A stretch of DNA of 64,000 nt from positions 387,311 to 451,310 of the forward strand of contig QPGO01000034.1 of the NCBI GenBank assembly GCA_008632985.1, written 5' to 3'. The translations under genes were made by a program, and so were the position numbers. The notes beneath the pieces are model-generated. The model ran no database searches, was not told the origin of the DNA, and saw nothing but the letters and a program-made list of their open reading frames with translations. Position 1 is the stretch's first letter. Each line of letters opens with the position of its first letter. Of this stretch, positions 62,236 through 64,000 are shown one piece after another. The stretch is from Psammoneis japonica (lineage: Eukaryota).

Positions 62236-64000
62236 CTATCGTTTTTTTCGAAACTTCGGCATTTTCTTTGTTCGAGAATCCTCGACATCGCTCTCTTGGT
62301 AAAAGTGAGGAGCTATTTCGACTAGCCAGCCCGGTTTAATTGGGGCTACTTGTCGCATGTACTCCTTGGTCGTGAATGCAAGTTCAAAATAAAGTAGCCA
62401 TGGAGGCGGATCCTCTTCTTTAGCGAGGACACTCGATGGGTGGATGTACACTGTTCGGTGCTGTTTCACCGTCTGATAATCACCAGACCGACCAAGTTTG
62501 GCTGTATTGTAGAAGAATCCAGCAGTGACTGCCTTCAACGTTGCATCTATGTCATCGGGGCTAGACATCGTTTGGTCGACTTCAACACGTTCGCATAGTC
62601 CTTCCAACTGTTCTCGAATATCTCGCGCTTTTCGCATGCTACGGAGCTGCACGTAATTTTCAAAACACCACTGAGAGCTGTAGTCTGAGGCAACCCATTC
62701 ACTGTAACACCTCAAAAGCGAAATGTGGTCACCGCCACCACCACGTGCAAAGTTCAGTCTAGCAGTATCTGCGTGCACAGCCTTCTCTTTGGGACGATAG
62801 AAAACCGAAGCACCCAGTGACAACATCGACACCGTTGACAGCACCTCCGTTACGCACTTGTACTTCTCGGATGCGAGAACGCTCTTGCTTAGCATTGGAT
62901 CTAACGGGAATTCAGCCATTCTCCGACCAAGTTTCGTCAATTCACCTCTATCATTCAATGCTCCAAGAGCATAGAGCTGCTCCAATGCACGAATCAAGGC
63001 ATCGGCAGGCGGGCTATCCATAAAGTCGAAGTGCAGCAAATCATTGATCCCAAGACTCTTAAGCATCAGGACAACGTTTCCCATGTTGGTCCTCATGATT
63101 TCGGGAACAGTGTTGGGCTCCAGCTCATGTTGAACGACCACGCCGTAAAAAGCCGAAAGCATTTTCCCGGTTGGGTTCGACCTGCACGCCCAGCTCGCTG
63201 ATTTGCAGCAGCTTGCGAAATCGGCGTCACGACCAGAGATTCCATCCCGGAACGAGCGTTGTAAGATTTTTGCTTGTTAAAGCCCGTGTCAATTACGTAG
63301 CAGATGCCATTGATGGTGAGACTTGTCTCTGCAATCTACGAAGTGAAAAGTTTGACAAGAAACAGGGTGAGAAGAAACTTTTTGCTGTAGAATGAAGAAT
63401 GAATTTCGGTTCTCCCGGTAACTGAAAACTTACATTGGTGCGAGGACGACCTTTCTGGCTCCTTTCGGAGTATCCTCGAAGATTTTTGCCTGCTGTTCCG
63501 ATGGAAGATTAGCGTAGATGGGGCAAACAATTAGCTCCTTGATTCTTGAACCCAGATTTTGAGTGCGCTTGGTCAATATCTCTGCCGCGGTCTCGATTTC
63601 TTCCTGCCCAGTCAAAAAGACAAGAATGTCGCCGTTCAAAGGCTGTGACACATGAATCTGCAGTACTGTCACGACCGACGCGTCGACATAGTCCGCCTCC
63701 GGAGACTTGGTGTAGTAAATATCGACCGGAAACATTCTGCCCGGGATCATGAAAATGCTTGCATCATCGAAATACTTGGAGAACTTTTCTGCATCCAGAG
63801 TTGCACTACTAATGATCACTTTCAGATCATCACGAAATCGGGATATGTCTTTCACTAGTCCGAAAAGAATGTCAGTATGAAGAGTGCGCTCGTGAGCCTC
63901 ATCGATGATAAGCGAGGAGTACGAGGCAAGATCTGGCTCATTGAGGATCTCACGCAGCAACATTCCATCGGTCATGTATTGAATGATGGTCTTTGGGCTT
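62236..64000 (-). CDS. DHX16: DEAH-box splicing helicase, Prp2/DHX16-like; 5' part lies beyond the window
   Basis: [84 protein letters not shown]. Intron about 63336-63433; two apparent 1-nt deletions. Confidence 0.88.

Overview
Eukaryotic nuclear DNA, most likely from a diatom (short GT-AG introns, bZIP-PAS factor, CoDi-like copia remnant, signal-peptide-bearing proteasome alpha-like gene). The window alternates between two compartments. (1) Gene islands of normal composition: bZIP-PAS TF, double-J-domain/RING protein, ubiquitin-like/PI4K-gamma, Nudix hydrolase, KH-WW protein, PABP, OTU-SEC-C, proteasome alpha-like, XRN1, double-PH protein, an intact stand-alone tyrosine recombinase, Gle1 with an FG/CCCH tail, and a partial Prp2/DHX16-like helicase. 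These are separated by TAG/CTA/(GA)n-rich spacers. (2) Four blocks (about 1-7130, 28250-32620, 41760-49490, 57990-61975) depleted in CpG and almost devoid of TpA. Two of them contain recognisable transposons: a Ngaro-type tyrosine-recombinase retroelement with split direct repeats, a gag-only copia LTR element, and a MITE-like element. The main signal is that, in these blocks, expected Tyr codons appear as Cys/His and paired repeats differ by TG/CA swaps. This implies a repeat-targeted TpA->TpG/CpA hypermutation (the reverse of fungal RIP) acting on top of ordinary CpG decay. Four single-base frameshifts in conserved genes look like assembly indels. All counts are by eye; no searches were run.
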